From positions 3,139 through 67,138 of the forward strand of contig LCGL01000001.1 in the NCBI GenBank assembly GCA_000999715.1: a DNA stretch of 64,000 nt, written 5' to 3'. Source of the DNA: Candidatus Falkowbacteria bacterium GW2011_GWF2_43_32 (GTDB lineage: Bacteria > Patescibacteriota > Patescibacteriia > Patescibacteriales > UBA12465). Both the position numbers and the translations under genes were made by a program. The notes below the pieces were generated by a model that worked only from the letters and a program-made list of their open reading frames with translations, had not been told where the DNA came from and made no database searches. How positions within the stretch are numbered: the first letter of the stretch is position 1; the number at the start of each line of letters is the position of its first letter. Positions 1 through 9,881 of the stretch are shown here, piece by piece.

Positions 1-38
1 AAATATTTTATCAAGGAAAGCTAAACGAACCGGAAATG

Positions 39-752
39 CTATTTCAACAATTCTCCGTCCTTGGCGCGACGACGATGTTTGATGGCCTGATCGGAAACGA
101 TGTGGCCGTCTTTGAGTTGAATAATGCGCTTGGCATGTTCGGCCGTATCGGTTTCATGCGTGACTAAAATAACGGTCCGGCCGTCATCGTTAAGCTGTTG
201 CAGAATTTCCATGATTTGCGTGCCGGACTTGGAATCCAAATTGCCGGTCGGCTCGTCCGCAAAAATCACCGCCGGATCGTTCACCAAGGCGCGGGCGATG
301 GCGACACGCTGTTTTTCACCGCCGGAAATTTGATTGGTATAGTAATCCAAGCGATGACCCAAACCCACGGATTCCAAAACCTTTTGGGCCCGGGCGCGGG
401 CGTTATGATGATCATGGGAATAGAACAAAGGCAATTCCACGTTTTCCAACACGGTCGTGCGCGGCAAAAGATTGAAAGCTTGAAAAACAAAACCGATTTT
501 TTTATTGCGATAGGCGGCCAGTTGATCGTCGTCCAAAGAACCGACTTCATGGCCGTTTAACTTATACGAGCCGGAACTGGGGCGCTCCAACAAACCCAAG
601 ATGTGCATTAAAGTGGACTTGCCGGAACCGGAGGGCCCCATGATGGAGACGAACTCCCCTTCCTCAATATCAAAAGACAGGTCGTGCAGAACCGGTGTGA
701 CCAGGTCGTCGGTTTGATATTCTTTAGTTAGATTTTTTAAGTGGATGAGCAT
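39..752 (-). CDS. ABC transporter ATP-binding protein (MacB/LolD/FtsE-type)
   Basis: Walker A GPSGSGKS, signature [15 protein letters not shown], Walker [13 protein letters not shown]-loop VTHE. Confidence 0.95.
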   Translation of the reverse strand: MLIHLKNLTKEYQTDDLVTPVLHDLSFDIEEGEFVSIMGPSGSGKSTLMHILGLLERPSSGSYKLNGHEVGSLDDDQLAAYRNKKIGFVFQAFNLLPRTTVLENVELPLFYSHDHHNARARAQKVLESVGLGHRLDYYTNQISGGEKQRVAIARALVNDPAVIFADEPTGNLDSKSGTQIMEILQQLNDDGRTVILVTHETDTAEHAKRIIQLKDGHIVSDQAIKHRRRAKDGELLK

Positions 753-761
753 AATACTGAC

Positions 762-770
762 ATTATAGCA
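762..770 (-). promoter_or_regulatory. Extended -10 promoter (TGcTATAAT) 9 nt upstream of the ABC ATPase start
   Basis: Minus strand reads TGCTATAATgtcagtattATG. Confidence 0.55.
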
Positions 771-842
771 TGGAAAGAGGCGTTGGTTCTAGATACTGAT
801 AATATCGATAATTTAGTGGACTTCACGGACAACAAAAGATGA

Positions 843-871
843 TTGACATCGACTTTATTTTAATATATACT
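843..871 (+). promoter_or_regulatory. sigma70-type promoter driving a candidate small RNA
   Basis: TTGACA (843-848), 17-bp spacer, TATACT (866-871); no plus-strand ORF follows. Confidence 0.7.
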
Positions 872-877
872 ACAATC

Positions 878-938
878 ATACGGGCTTCGGCCTCCGAGAC
901 CTCACATTTTTTTAGAAAATTGTGAGGATCGTTTTTTT
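878..938 (+). ncRNA. Candidate ~60-nt small RNA convergent with the PemK/MazF toxin gene
   Basis: Promoter upstream; GGGC-UUCG-GCCU hairpin (882-893); CCTCACA/TGTGAGG stem (900-927) followed by T7 (932-938), an intrinsic terminator oriented on the plus strand. Confidence 0.5.
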
Positions 939-1353
939 ATAAAAGGCTTTTTATATTTCTGATAACTTCCCGAAAGTCTTTTTTCGGCAAGGTTCTAATC
1001 TTACGTGATAATCTTTTACTACTGATAAGCCGCAGTTGTGACAAAATAATTGAATAGATACGAATTCCGTCCTGAAAATGATAATAGAACCGGTCAATCT
1101 TATTTCTACTAGTCAGTGGCAAAACCCATAAAGACCCCTCTCCAAATTTTCTTAGAATCAAAACCGGCCTTTCATATTTATCATGCTTGCCATTTTGCTC
1201 ATAGCCAATATTTACTCCTAGGCTCGCCCACCAAATTTCTCTGGTTTTAAAATATACATTGTTTCTGTTATTTAAAAAATGAATCTGAGGCTTAAGTTTT
1301 GCCCAGTTTGCAAAATCTTTCTCCTTCTGATAATCAATTAAAAAATCCTCCAT
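937..1353 (-). CDS. PemK/MazF-family toxin (orphan, no protein antitoxin adjacent)
   Basis: REIWWASLGVNIGYEQNGK...RPVLIL...VLPLTS...SQLRLISSKRL matches the PemK/MazF pattern; AT-rich. Confidence 0.8.
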   Translation of the reverse strand: MEDFLIDYQKEKDFANWAKLKPQIHFLNNRNNVYFKTREIWWASLGVNIGYEQNGKHDKYERPVLILRKFGEGSLWVLPLTSRNKIDRFYYHFQDGIRIYSIILSQLRLISSKRLSRKIRTLPKKDFREVIRNIKSLL

Positions 1354-1400
1354 ATTTTCTCATAAGATTAATGAATAAGATAATCTTATTATAAAATATG
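1351..1400. promoter_or_regulatory. Inverted repeat covering the toxin start codon and a -10 box
   Basis: CATATTTT (1351-1358)/AAAATATG (1393-1400) and ATAAGATTA (1362-1370)/TAATCTTAT (1381-1389); minus-strand TATAAT at 1388-1393. Confidence 0.5.
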
Positions 1401-1462
1401 CAGGATAAAGTTTAGTTAAAATTTTTCTAAAGAAAAAGTTTATTTTTAGAAGTCAGCAAAAA

Positions 1463-1828
1463 TCAATCCCCTTTTTTCTTGAATTTCGTCTTGGGCAATA
1501 AGCAAGCGCAGGGCTTTTTCTTGAGAATCACCCGTTGTTCGGCCAGGGTCTGCAAAAAGACGTCCTGACCGCCTTGACCGCGCGCCAGGCGTTTGTCCAG
1601 GGGAGTGCGGTGTTGATAGCCGCGGCGAACAAACTCCTTGACCAGGGCCTCGTGGCGCTCATAGAGAGCCTTGGTTTTCCCGACCCAGCGCAAAGTTTCC
1701 GGATGACGCGAATAACCGCCCCGACCGCCGTGCTTGGTCAGGATATTCCATAAACCATGCAGTTCACGGTGTTCGGCCAGCAGGTGCTGACGGCAAAGAT
1801 GTTGCGGATTAATGTCCCAGATACGCAT
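1463..1828 (-). CDS. Pyrimidine dimer DNA glycosylase / T4 endonuclease V family protein
   Basis: MRIWDINPQHLCRQHLLAEHRELH...GYSRHPETLRW...RHEALVKEFVRRGYQH; start placed at MRIW. Confidence 0.8.
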   Translation of the reverse strand: MRIWDINPQHLCRQHLLAEHRELHGLWNILTKHGGRGGYSRHPETLRWVGKTKALYERHEALVKEFVRRGYQHRTPLDKRLARGQGGQDVFLQTLAEQRVILKKKPCACLLPKTKFKKKGD

Positions 1829-1845
1829 AGCATTAGAAAAAAGCA

Positions 1846-3426
1846 CTATTTATTTTTTATCATACTCTTAAAATATTTTCGCAATTCTTGATCTACGATA
1901 AAGAGATAAGTGCCCTTCATGCCGCGCGTTAATAATGTTCTGTATATATTAATAATATATGCTTCCAACTCTTTTGGGTTATCGATTCCCTTTCTCCCAT
2001 TTACATCTTTGTAATTCTCCGGATGAATGACAAATTTTTTATTCTTCTTATCATAAGATAACTCCGGGCCAATTATTACTCCGGCATAATTAAGGTCATA
2101 ACCTTGCACCGTATGAATACAGCCAACCTCATTAATGGCATTAGCAGAATTGACCCAATTATGATTAACGCTATTCCAAAATAATTTTATTCCGTTAATC
2201 TCTATATCGTGTTTGTCGGGGTTCTTTTTCGAAACCCACGGCCAAGCGTAACCGGAAATCATCCTGCATAAACCTAATTTTCTATCCTTGCTCTTTATGT
2301 CATCGCGCATTTTCGCGATATTATCATAAATTTTGAAATCGTATTCTAAAAATTCAGACTTACCAGTGCTATTTAAATCAAATAAATTTTGTATAAAATC
2401 AATATATTTCTCACTCTCTTCGCCGACATCAATGCGTAATTGATTTTTTAATCTAAATTCCATGGCTCCTAATTCTAAGAATTTACCGCCGTTAACATCC
2501 GACGGACGAACGCTCTGACGTTCATCGTAAAAAAGTATTTGATGAGACGACGATTTAATAATCCAATCCAACTCCGTACCATTTTTCCCAAGGCCCAGCA
2601 CCTGATTATTTTTATCAAAACTGCGATAATTGGTAATATTTTTCCTTTTTCGCAATCTATGAGCTTCGTCAACCACCAATATATCATAACGACCGCCGAC
2701 CACCTCGCTCGGTCCGATGACCATGTCGGACCGCAAACCGGCAATATTTTTAAAAACTTTTTTAAGACTCCTCCGCAATGAAGTCATCGGAATCACCAAG
2801 GCGGCTTTTTTATTTTTTGTCTCTTTTAAATCACTGAACAATTTGAACAGATGCATGGCAACGATTGTTTTCCCCGTCCCCGGGCCGCCATGTACGATAA
2901 AAGTCTTAGCCAAACTATTTTTTATTTCATCAATCAACTGATTTTCAATTTTTAATTGATCTTCCGTTAACGCTTTGTAAGGCGAAAATTTAAACAAATC
3001 GCTATTCTTTATTTGCACCAAACTTTTTTCCGCCAACAACATTTTCTGCAATTCTTGCCATATAATCTCAAATTTGGCTCTGTACTTCTGCTTATCATAG
3101 TAATTATGGTCAAACAAACCATGATTACTATTTTGTATTATAAACTTACCGTCAGCCGCAAAATGTTGAATGAGCAACGACTCAATATCCAATGTCGCGG
3201 ATTTATTATATTCTTCATCAGATATAACATGTATCCTTTTTAATTTTGCTCTCTCGGGACGGTCATAATGTTGTTTACTGCGACTGTAAACATTAATCGT
3301 TTCGCCCACATAAATTTCCTGCTTGTTTTCAATAAGATAAACGACCGGCCAATTACGACCGAAAACACATGACCTAATTTGATCAAATTGATTTTTAACA
3401 AACGGAAAAGTCTGTATTTGAGACAT
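1846..3426 (-). CDS. GIY-YIG nuclease fused to DUF2075 (Schlafen group 3-like) SF1 helicase/ATPase
   Basis: N-terminal VVYLI...IYVGET...R..QH GIY-YIG-like motif; Walker A GGPGTGKT; Walker B VVDEAHR; EVGCIHTVQGYDL and YRTLLTRG motifs. Confidence 0.8.
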   Translation of the reverse strand: MSQIQTFPFVKNQFDQIRSCVFGRNWPVVYLIENKQEIYVGETINVYSRSKQHYDRPERAKLKRIHVISDEEYNKSATLDIESLLIQHFAADGKFIIQNSNHGLFDHNYYDKQKYRAKFEIIWQELQKMLLAEKSLVQIKNSDLFKFSPYKALTEDQLKIENQLIDEIKNSLAKTFIVHGGPGTGKTIVAMHLFKLFSDLKETKNKKAALVIPMTSLRRSLKKVFKNIAGLRSDMVIGPSEVVGGRYDILVVDEAHRLRKRKNITNYRSFDKNNQVLGLGKNGTELDWIIKSSSHQILFYDERQSVRPSDVNGGKFLELGAMEFRLKNQLRIDVGEESEKYIDFIQNLFDLNSTGKSEFLEYDFKIYDNIAKMRDDIKSKDRKLGLCRMISGYAWPWVSKKNPDKHDIEINGIKLFWNSVNHNWVNSANAINEVGCIHTVQGYDLNYAGVIIGPELSYDKKNKKFVIHPENYKDVNGRKGIDNPKELEAYIINIYRTLLTRGMKGTYLFIVDQELRKYFKSMIKNK

Positions 3427-3430
3427 GATT

Positions 3431-3778
3431 TTATAATTGATTATATTTGTAATATTTTCCCTTAGCCTTGCCGACAGGATATTTATCTGCGTTTTTTAAT
3501 ATTTTTTTCTCCAACGCATCGTAAATATCAATATCCAAATCATGAGCCATAAGTAAAACCCAACCCAAAACATCGGCTAATTCTTCCCCTATTTCGCTTC
3601 TATTATCCCTAATGTAATTTTCTAAAACAGCTCCATTTTTCCATTGGAAGTGCTCCAAAACCTCGGCCGCTTCAAGAGCTAAAGACAGGGCCATATCTTT
3701 AAGATTATGAAACTGCTCCCAATCTCTTTCATTACGGAAAGCTAACAATTTATCAGTCAAATTTTTTATTTCCGACAT
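3431..3778 (-). CDS. MazG-like nucleotide pyrophosphohydrolase (dCTPase-like)
   Basis: RDWEQFH..KDMALSLALEAAEVLEHFQWK...EELADV...KNADKYP; start placed at MSEIK. Confidence 0.85.
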   Translation of the reverse strand: MSEIKNLTDKLLAFRNERDWEQFHNLKDMALSLALEAAEVLEHFQWKNGAVLENYIRDNRSEIGEELADVLGWVLLMAHDLDIDIYDALEKKILKNADKYPVGKAKGKYYKYNQL

Positions 3779-3868
3779 ACATTTACGAATCAAAATATTC
3801 TTAGAAACATTTTATATTTTACTTATCTTTATTTAATAATCTCATAAACTACGGCAAAAGTCAAAAAT

Positions 3869-3894
3869 AAAAGCAACGGACCTCCGTTGCTTTT
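3869..3894. terminator. Bidirectional intrinsic terminator after the adaptor gene
   Basis: AAAAGCAACGGA-cc-TCCGTTGCTTTT. Confidence 0.7.
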
Positions 3895-3925
3895 TAGCTA
3901 AAATTAAATAAAAATATCTTGTCCC

Positions 3926-5821
3926 CTACTTCACAAAAGTCACCGCCAATTCTCCCGGTTGTAAGTCGCCGCTCACAATTTCCACCAAGCCTTCGTCGCC
4001 GCGCAGACCGACCGTCACCGGCACTTCCCTGACGGTCTTGCCCTCCAAGATGCGAACAAATTGTCCTTGGCCGTTCCTGTCCACAATCGCCCGTCCCGGC
4101 ACGATTAAAACATTATCGCGGCGGTCGGTGTTGATGACGATGTTGGCGGTCATCTCCGGTTTGATGAACGAAAACAAAGCGAAACTGGGATCGTCAAACG
4201 CCGGCGCACTCAAGCTCACTTTAACTTTATAATAAGGTTCCACAGAATAAACGGTACCGGTAAACTTATGGCTTTCGCCCAAGGCGTCAAAGGTAATCAC
4301 CGCTTCGTCGTTCACTTTGATTTTGGAAATGTCGGTTTCGGAAATGTCCGTCTCAATTTCAAAATTATTTTCCGTCAACAAGACAAAAACCGGTTGGGCG
4401 GCGGAAAACTGTTCGCCAACTTCATAATTCAAACCGACAATCTGACCGTCTATCGGCGCTTTCAAAATACTGTCGGCCTGCTGTTTTTTGATCAAATCCA
4501 AACTGGCCTGGGCCTGACGCACCTGCGCCTCCACCGAACTTAAATCTTCACTGCGTGCCGGCGCTTTCAGTTTCGTCAATTGCCGATCGGCCACACCCCA
4601 AGCCTCTTTGGCACTATCCATCGCCGCTTTGGCCGCGGCTATTTGCTTGTCGCCGGTCAAACGCGCCGAAGACAAAGTATTACGCGCCGTCGTCAGTCCT
4701 TCGCTGAGATTAACCTCGGCCTGCGCCAAAGCTTGCGTCAAAGAAGCGACATTGTTTCTGTAAGTCAAAAAAGCGTTATCCAAATTGTATTTGGCGGTTT
4801 GTAAAGAACTCAAACCGGTGTTGACCGCGGCAATTTGCGTATTGACGCTGGCTTTAAACGCGTCCAATTCCGTTTGCGTCATGGCCGCGGAAGAAATGGT
4901 ATATTCCAAACCGCTGTAACAACTGTTCAAAGCATTAAAAGTTTCATTAAGATAGGCGGCCACGGCGGTATTGAGAAGATTGAAATTATTTTCACTGCCC
5001 TCCAAGCGCGCCGCGCTTAAAGCGTCGTCCGCCGCGCTCTTCAAAGACTTTGCCTGATTATAATAATTTTCCGTGGCACTCTTATAGACGACATTCTTGA
5101 CGCTGAAGATGTTTTCCAAATCATCGTCTTCCAAGATGCCCCAAATTTTGTCCAAAGCGGTATTGGCGACGGAAATGTCATAACCGGCGGCGGTCAAAAA
5201 ATTGTTTTCGCCGTTATCAATGGCTTGCTGATAGCTGGTTCGGCCGTTAGCCAGATTGAGAGCGGCGATAGTCACCGCTTGTTCCAAAGCGGTCGGCGTG
5301 GCCGCGCCCGTATCTTCCAAATCGCTTAATTTCTTTTCCGCCTGACTGATCGTTTCCGCCACCGAAGCCCGAGTATTGTCATAGTCGTTGGCCGCACCTT
5401 CGTAGGCGGCCTTGGCTTGATTGGCTTGCGCCTGCAAAACCGCGATTTCCGAAGCGGTCGCTCCGCGCGTCAACTTGTCTTTATTGGCCAGCGCTAAATC
5501 AAAATTGGCTTGCGCCTCCTGTTCTTTGATCAATAATGAAGAATAGTCCAGCTCGGCCAAAATTTGATCTTTAACCACTTTATCGCCCACTCGCGCCTCT
5601 ATTTTCCCGATCTTGCCGACCTGAGGAAAATTCAATTCCAACTCCCGCAAGGGTTTCAGCGTGCCGGTTTCGGACACGGTCTGAATCAAGTCTCCTTGAA
5701 CAACGGTTGCGGTGGAATAGACCGGCTGAGGTTTTTTATTGCTCTGCCAAATAATCAAAACGACGACGACAAAAATCGCGCCGCCGATGATTAACCATCT
5801 TTTTTTATTTTTCTTGGACAT
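3926..5821 (-). CDS. Efflux transporter periplasmic adaptor subunit (MacA/HlyD family, long coiled coil)
   Basis: N-terminal TM, GKIGKIEARVGDKV lipoyl half, LKAPIDGQI, C-terminal VPVTVGLRG. Confidence 0.85.
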   Translation of the reverse strand: MSKKNKKRWLIIGGAIFVVVVLIIWQSNKKPQPVYSTATVVQGDLIQTVSETGTLKPLRELELNFPQVGKIGKIEARVGDKVVKDQILAELDYSSLLIKEQEAQANFDLALANKDKLTRGATASEIAVLQAQANQAKAAYEGAANDYDNTRASVAETISQAEKKLSDLEDTGAATPTALEQAVTIAALNLANGRTSYQQAIDNGENNFLTAAGYDISVANTALDKIWGILEDDDLENIFSVKNVVYKSATENYYNQAKSLKSAADDALSAARLEGSENNFNLLNTAVAAYLNETFNALNSCYSGLEYTISSAAMTQTELDAFKASVNTQIAAVNTGLSSLQTAKYNLDNAFLTYRNNVASLTQALAQAEVNLSEGLTTARNTLSSARLTGDKQIAAAKAAMDSAKEAWGVADRQLTKLKAPARSEDLSSVEAQVRQAQASLDLIKKQQADSILKAPIDGQIVGLNYEVGEQFSAAQPVFVLLTENNFEIETDISETDISKIKVNDEAVITFDALGESHKFTGTVYSVEPYYKVKVSLSAPAFDDPSFALFSFIKPEMTANIVINTDRRDNVLIVPGRAIVDRNGQGQFVRILEGKTVREVPVTVGLRGDEGLVEIVSGDLQPGELAVTFVK

Positions 5822-5862
5822 AAAATATAAACTATCTCTCCGGCCGGACTCGCCGAAAACAT

Positions 5863-7152
5863 TTAATAATCCCGCAACTTTTCCAGGCCCTTGAACTTCC
5901 GAATCTTCTCCAAAGCTTTGGATTCAATCTGCCGGATGCGTTCGCGGGTCACTTCAAATTCCTGACCGACTTCCTCCAAAGTATGGGCGACGCCGTCCAC
6001 CAGCCCGAAGCGCATTTCCAAAATTTTCTGTTCGCGCGGCGATAACTGAGCGACGATATTTTTCACATAATCTTTCAGCAACTGCAAGGCGGCGGCGCGA
6101 TCCGGCGTGACGTTTTTGACGTCTTCGATAAAGTCCTCCAGAGTGGAATCTTCGTCATCGTCGCCGATGGTCGTTTCCAGCGAAATGGTATCTTGAGAAA
6201 TTTTCATGATATAGCGGACCTTGACGATGTCCTCGCCCATTTCCGAAGCGATTTCTTCGGCCAAGGGCTCGCGGCCGAGCTCCTGAATCAAATTGCGCTG
6301 AATCTGCTGAAATTTATTGATGGTTTCCACCATATGCACCGGAATGCGAATCGTGCGCGACTGATCGGCCAGGGCGCGCGTAATGGCTTGCCGAATCCAC
6401 CAAGTGGCATAGGTGGAAAATTTAAAACCTTTGCGATATTCAAATTTTTCCACGGCGCGAAACAAACCGATATTCCCTTCCTGAATCAAATCCAACAAAC
6501 TCATCCCTTTGGCGCCGGCGAATTTTTTGGCGATGGAAACCACCAGCCGCAAATTGGCTTCAATGATTCTTTTTTCCGCCTCCCGGTCGCCCTTTTCTTT
6601 ACGCTTGGCCAATTCCGTTTCTTCCTCACCGGTCAAAAGCGGCACTTTGCCGATTTCTTTCAAATACATCTGGATGGAATCGGCGCTTAATTTTGACAAA
6701 TCGATATTCAAAGCGTTCTGATGCGCCAAGGCCCGTCCGGTCAAAACCGGTTCGGCCGCTTTTTTCTCGGCCATTTCCAAAATCCGGCCGGAATCTTCCA
6801 TAATTTTTACCCCGCTTTTTTGCAAATCGCCAAGAAAAACATCGTAATCGTAAACATATTCTTCCACTTCCGGAAACAAATATAAAAGTTCGGTTTCGGT
6901 CACGAAACCGCGCAAACGCCCTTTGTCTATCAAACGAGTCAACTGTTCGGGGGTCGGCTTGATCGGCACACGCGGCTCTTTGAGACGAGTCTTCTTGGCG
7001 GACACCGGCGCTTTGATAATTTTAACGAAGCGACGGCGCGACGTCTTTTTTGCGCCCGCGGGACGCTGGTTCTTAGCCGCCGGCTTGGTTTTATTCTTGG
7101 CCTTATTGCCGGCCCGATTGTTGTTATTTTTCATTTTGGCTTTTTTAGTCAT
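5863..7152 (-). CDS. rpoD: RNA polymerase primary sigma factor
   Basis: [58 protein letters not shown]. Confidence 0.95.
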   Translation of the reverse strand: MTKKAKMKNNNNRAGNKAKNKTKPAAKNQRPAGAKKTSRRRFVKIIKAPVSAKKTRLKEPRVPIKPTPEQLTRLIDKGRLRGFVTETELLYLFPEVEEYVYDYDVFLGDLQKSGVKIMEDSGRILEMAEKKAAEPVLTGRALAHQNALNIDLSKLSADSIQMYLKEIGKVPLLTGEEETELAKRKEKGDREAEKRIIEANLRLVVSIAKKFAGAKGMSLLDLIQEGNIGLFRAVEKFEYRKGFKFSTYATWWIRQAITRALADQSRTIRIPVHMVETINKFQQIQRNLIQELGREPLAEEIASEMGEDIVKVRYIMKISQDTISLETTIGDDDEDSTLEDFIEDVKNVTPDRAAALQLLKDYVKNIVAQLSPREQKILEMRFGLVDGVAHTLEEVGQEFEVTRERIRQIESKALEKIRKFKGLEKLRDY

Positions 7153-7174
7153 ATTAATGATATAAAAGGCAGAA

Positions 7175-9019
7175 TTATTCTTTCGTCAAAACGTTGAGCT
7201 CGTCCATTAAGGCATTCAATTCTTCCGTCCGTCCGGAGGCTTCCGCCGACTGCAATTGCTTCTGCAATTTTTTTATTTTTTTCTGTTTGCCGTATTTTTT
7301 CAATTCCGAAATGATATTGATGATTTCCGTTTTGACCTGTCCGGACTCGTAGCTATAAAAATCTTTTTCACCCAATAAAATGAGCTTATCCAATAATTTT
7401 GTGTCCTCGGCTTGGTCTGTCGCCAACGACAAACGAAAATCGGCGTAATCCAAGGAAGCAGATTTATTATAATAAATTATCAGCTGATTGTAAAACCGGA
7501 CAAAACCCGGATCGCTCAAATATTGCGGCTCCAAATTGCCGGCGCCATAGTTGATAAATTCCGGAAAGCGAATCAAAAGAGCCAATAATAATTCCGCCAA
7601 TTTTTCTTCCCGGCCGGGACGACGGACGGCGGACGGCGCGGTTTTTTCAGTTGGCGCGGCGGCGGCCGAAGCGTTGCGCGGACCTTTCTTGGCGGTCAAC
7701 AAGGCCAATTTTTCCCGCAATTCTTTCTCGTTGGTGCCGATTTCTTCATTCAATCTGGTCAGCCAATAACTGCGCTCGATGTGATTATTGACCGCCGCCA
7801 ACATCGCCAGCATTTTCTCTTCTGCCAAACGGCGATCGGCCACTTCGTCCAAATTCAAACCGGCCGTAATTTTGGTAAAATAATATTCCAACATCGGTTT
7901 GGCCTCGACGACCGCTTTTTTAAAATCCTCCGGATTGTTTTTCAAACATTCGTCCGGATCTTTGCCGACGGACAAAACGATAATTTTCAAATTGACTTCC
8001 TGCGCCAAACATTCTTTGATTCCCCGGTCGGCCGCCAGTTGTCCGGCATCGTCCATATCAAACAACAAAGCGACATTGTTGGTAAAACGTTTTAACAGCG
8101 TCACTTGTTCGACGGTCAAGGCCGTGCCGGAAGAGGCGACGGTGTTTTCAAAACCGTGTTGATGGCAGGAAATCGCGTCCATCTGCCCTTCCACCACGAT
8201 AGCCAAATCTTTTTCCCGAATGGCATTCTTGGCCTTATTCAAAGCGAACAAGGTCCGGCTTTTATCATAGACCGCGGTTTGCGGACTGTTGATGTATTTG
8301 CCCAGCTTCTCGGTCTTTTCTTTTTCCGGACTAACCCGCGCCGTAAAAGCGATCAAATTGTTGTTGACGTCGAAAATCGGAAACATAATCCGGTCGCGGA
8401 AACGATCATAATAATCGCTTCGCCCCGGAGCGGCCGTCTCGCTCGCTCGCTCTTTTTTGATAATCAAACCGGCGGAAAAAATCTCTTCATCCGTGTATTT
8501 TCGTCCGCTAAGCGGTCGCTGTTTTAAAAATTTATACAATTCGCCCCAACCGCCGGTCGGCGGACCGGGACTAACGCCCAGTTGCCAGGCGGCGATAATT
8601 TCTTCCGTCAAACCGCGTTGCAAAAGATAATTTTTGGCGTTCTGTCCGGCCGGAGTCGTCAAAATATAAGCATAATATTTTCCGGCCAATTCCAAAATGT
8701 CCAACAAACGATTGCGTTGCGAATAAGCTTCCGGATTTTCGTTTTTCAGCACCACTCCGGCCTTGGAGGCCAACAAACGCAACGCCTCCATAAATCCCAG
8801 GCCCTCTTTTTCCATGACAAAAGAAAAAACATCGCCGCCGCGCCCGCAACCGAAACAGTGCCAGATTTGTTTTTCCGGCGAAATTACGAAAGACGGTGTC
8901 TTCTCGTTATGAAAAGGACAAAGCGCCTGAAAATTAACGCCGACCGCTTTGACCGGCACGTATTCGCGGATTATTTCCACGATGTCCAACTTTGATTTTA
9001 TTTCCTCGGACTGGGACAT
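7175..9019 (-). CDS. dnaG: DNA primase
   Basis: [11 protein letters not shown]...HCFGCG zinc finger, [28 protein letters not shown]; start placed at MSQSEE. Confidence 0.95.
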   Translation of the reverse strand: MSQSEEIKSKLDIVEIIREYVPVKAVGVNFQALCPFHNEKTPSFVISPEKQIWHCFGCGRGGDVFSFVMEKEGLGFMEALRLLASKAGVVLKNENPEAYSQRNRLLDILELAGKYYAYILTTPAGQNAKNYLLQRGLTEEIIAAWQLGVSPGPPTGGWGELYKFLKQRPLSGRKYTDEEIFSAGLIIKKERASETAAPGRSDYYDRFRDRIMFPIFDVNNNLIAFTARVSPEKEKTEKLGKYINSPQTAVYDKSRTLFALNKAKNAIREKDLAIVVEGQMDAISCHQHGFENTVASSGTALTVEQVTLLKRFTNNVALLFDMDDAGQLAADRGIKECLAQEVNLKIIVLSVGKDPDECLKNNPEDFKKAVVEAKPMLEYYFTKITAGLNLDEVADRRLAEEKMLAMLAAVNNHIERSYWLTRLNEEIGTNEKELREKLALLTAKKGPRNASAAAAPTEKTAPSAVRRPGREEKLAELLLALLIRFPEFINYGAGNLEPQYLSDPGFVRFYNQLIIYYNKSASLDYADFRLSLATDQAEDTKLLDKLILLGEKDFYSYESGQVKTEIINIISELKKYGKQKKIKKLQKQLQSAEASGRTEELNALMDELNVLTKE

Positions 9020-9038
9020 AGCTTGATATCTTGACCAA

Positions 9039-9368
9039 TTAAATAAAAATGTCCGGCACGACCAGCGCTTGCAAGCGGGCCACTTCCCCGGCCACCACTT
9101 CGCCGTCGTATTCGGCGTTATGCCGGCTGAAACCTTCATAGCCCGGCCGTTTCTGGTCCAAATGCAAATTAAAAACCACTTGCTCGCCGCCGGCGTTATT
9201 CCGGCTTTCTTTAAAATAAATATGAAAACGCGGATAAAAATCGCGCGTCAAACGACGGGCAAAACTGCGTTCCCCGTCCTCCCGTTCCGGAATAAAAGCG
9301 TAGCCGGCGCGGCGCAGCCACATTTCCGGCGCTTCGCCCAATTGTTGTTTAGTGACGGTAAACTTCAT
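9039..9368 (-). CDS. Hypothetical protein
   Basis: Tightly packed ORF in the operon; no family recognised. Confidence 0.65.
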   Translation of the reverse strand: MKFTVTKQQLGEAPEMWLRRAGYAFIPEREDGERSFARRLTRDFYPRFHIYFKESRNNAGGEQVVFNLHLDQKRPGYEGFSRHNAEYDGEVVAGEVARLQALVVPDIFI

Positions 9369-9831
9369 TTAGATCATTTCTAAAAATAAGGAATTTATAA
9401 ATTAACCAACTCCACAAACCGATGATGATGTTGACGACGATTTGCGCCGCCAGATACCAGATGAAAAATCTGACGACCAGCAAATGCATGAATACGCCGT
9501 TCAAATAAAGAACGAAAATGATATTTAAAAAATATAAAAATAACTGGTTGGTGGTCGCGGCGCGATCGTGATTGCGGAAAGTCCAGAACTTGTGAAGCAT
9601 AAAACCGATCAGGAAAGAAATAATGAAAGCCAATGTGGTGGCGCCGACTATTTCCATTTTCAGCAAACCGTGAAAAATAAACAAAAAAATCAAATCAAAG
9701 ACGGTGGTCACACTGCCGGCCAGAGCATATTTGATCAAAGAATTCTGACGACCGCAAACTCCGGCCAAACGGGGAAAACGGGCAGAAAAGAAACGATGCA
9801 GTTTAAAATAGAAATCATGCAGGAAAGACAT
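9349..9831 (-). CDS. GtrA family membrane protein
   Basis: Four TM segments, FMLHKFWTF motif. Confidence 0.8.
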   Translation of the reverse strand: MSFLHDFYFKLHRFFSARFPRLAGVCGRQNSLIKYALAGSVTTVFDLIFLFIFHGLLKMEIVGATTLAFIISFLIGFMLHKFWTFRNHDRAATTNQLFLYFLNIIFVLYLNGVFMHLLVVRFFIWYLAAQIVVNIIIGLWSWLIYKFLIFRNDLNEVYRH

Positions 9832-9881
9832 AGAACAACTTTATTTTAAAATAATTAAATCAATGACGTTTTCCGTTCTTC

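Noticed and set aside
9020..9139. Longer upstream starts given for dnaG (likewise asnS, rplR, rpsN, alaS and the 61251 GT4)
   Set aside because: The extensions overlap neighbouring genes or intergenic signals and precede the conserved N-termini; internal ATGs were chosen.
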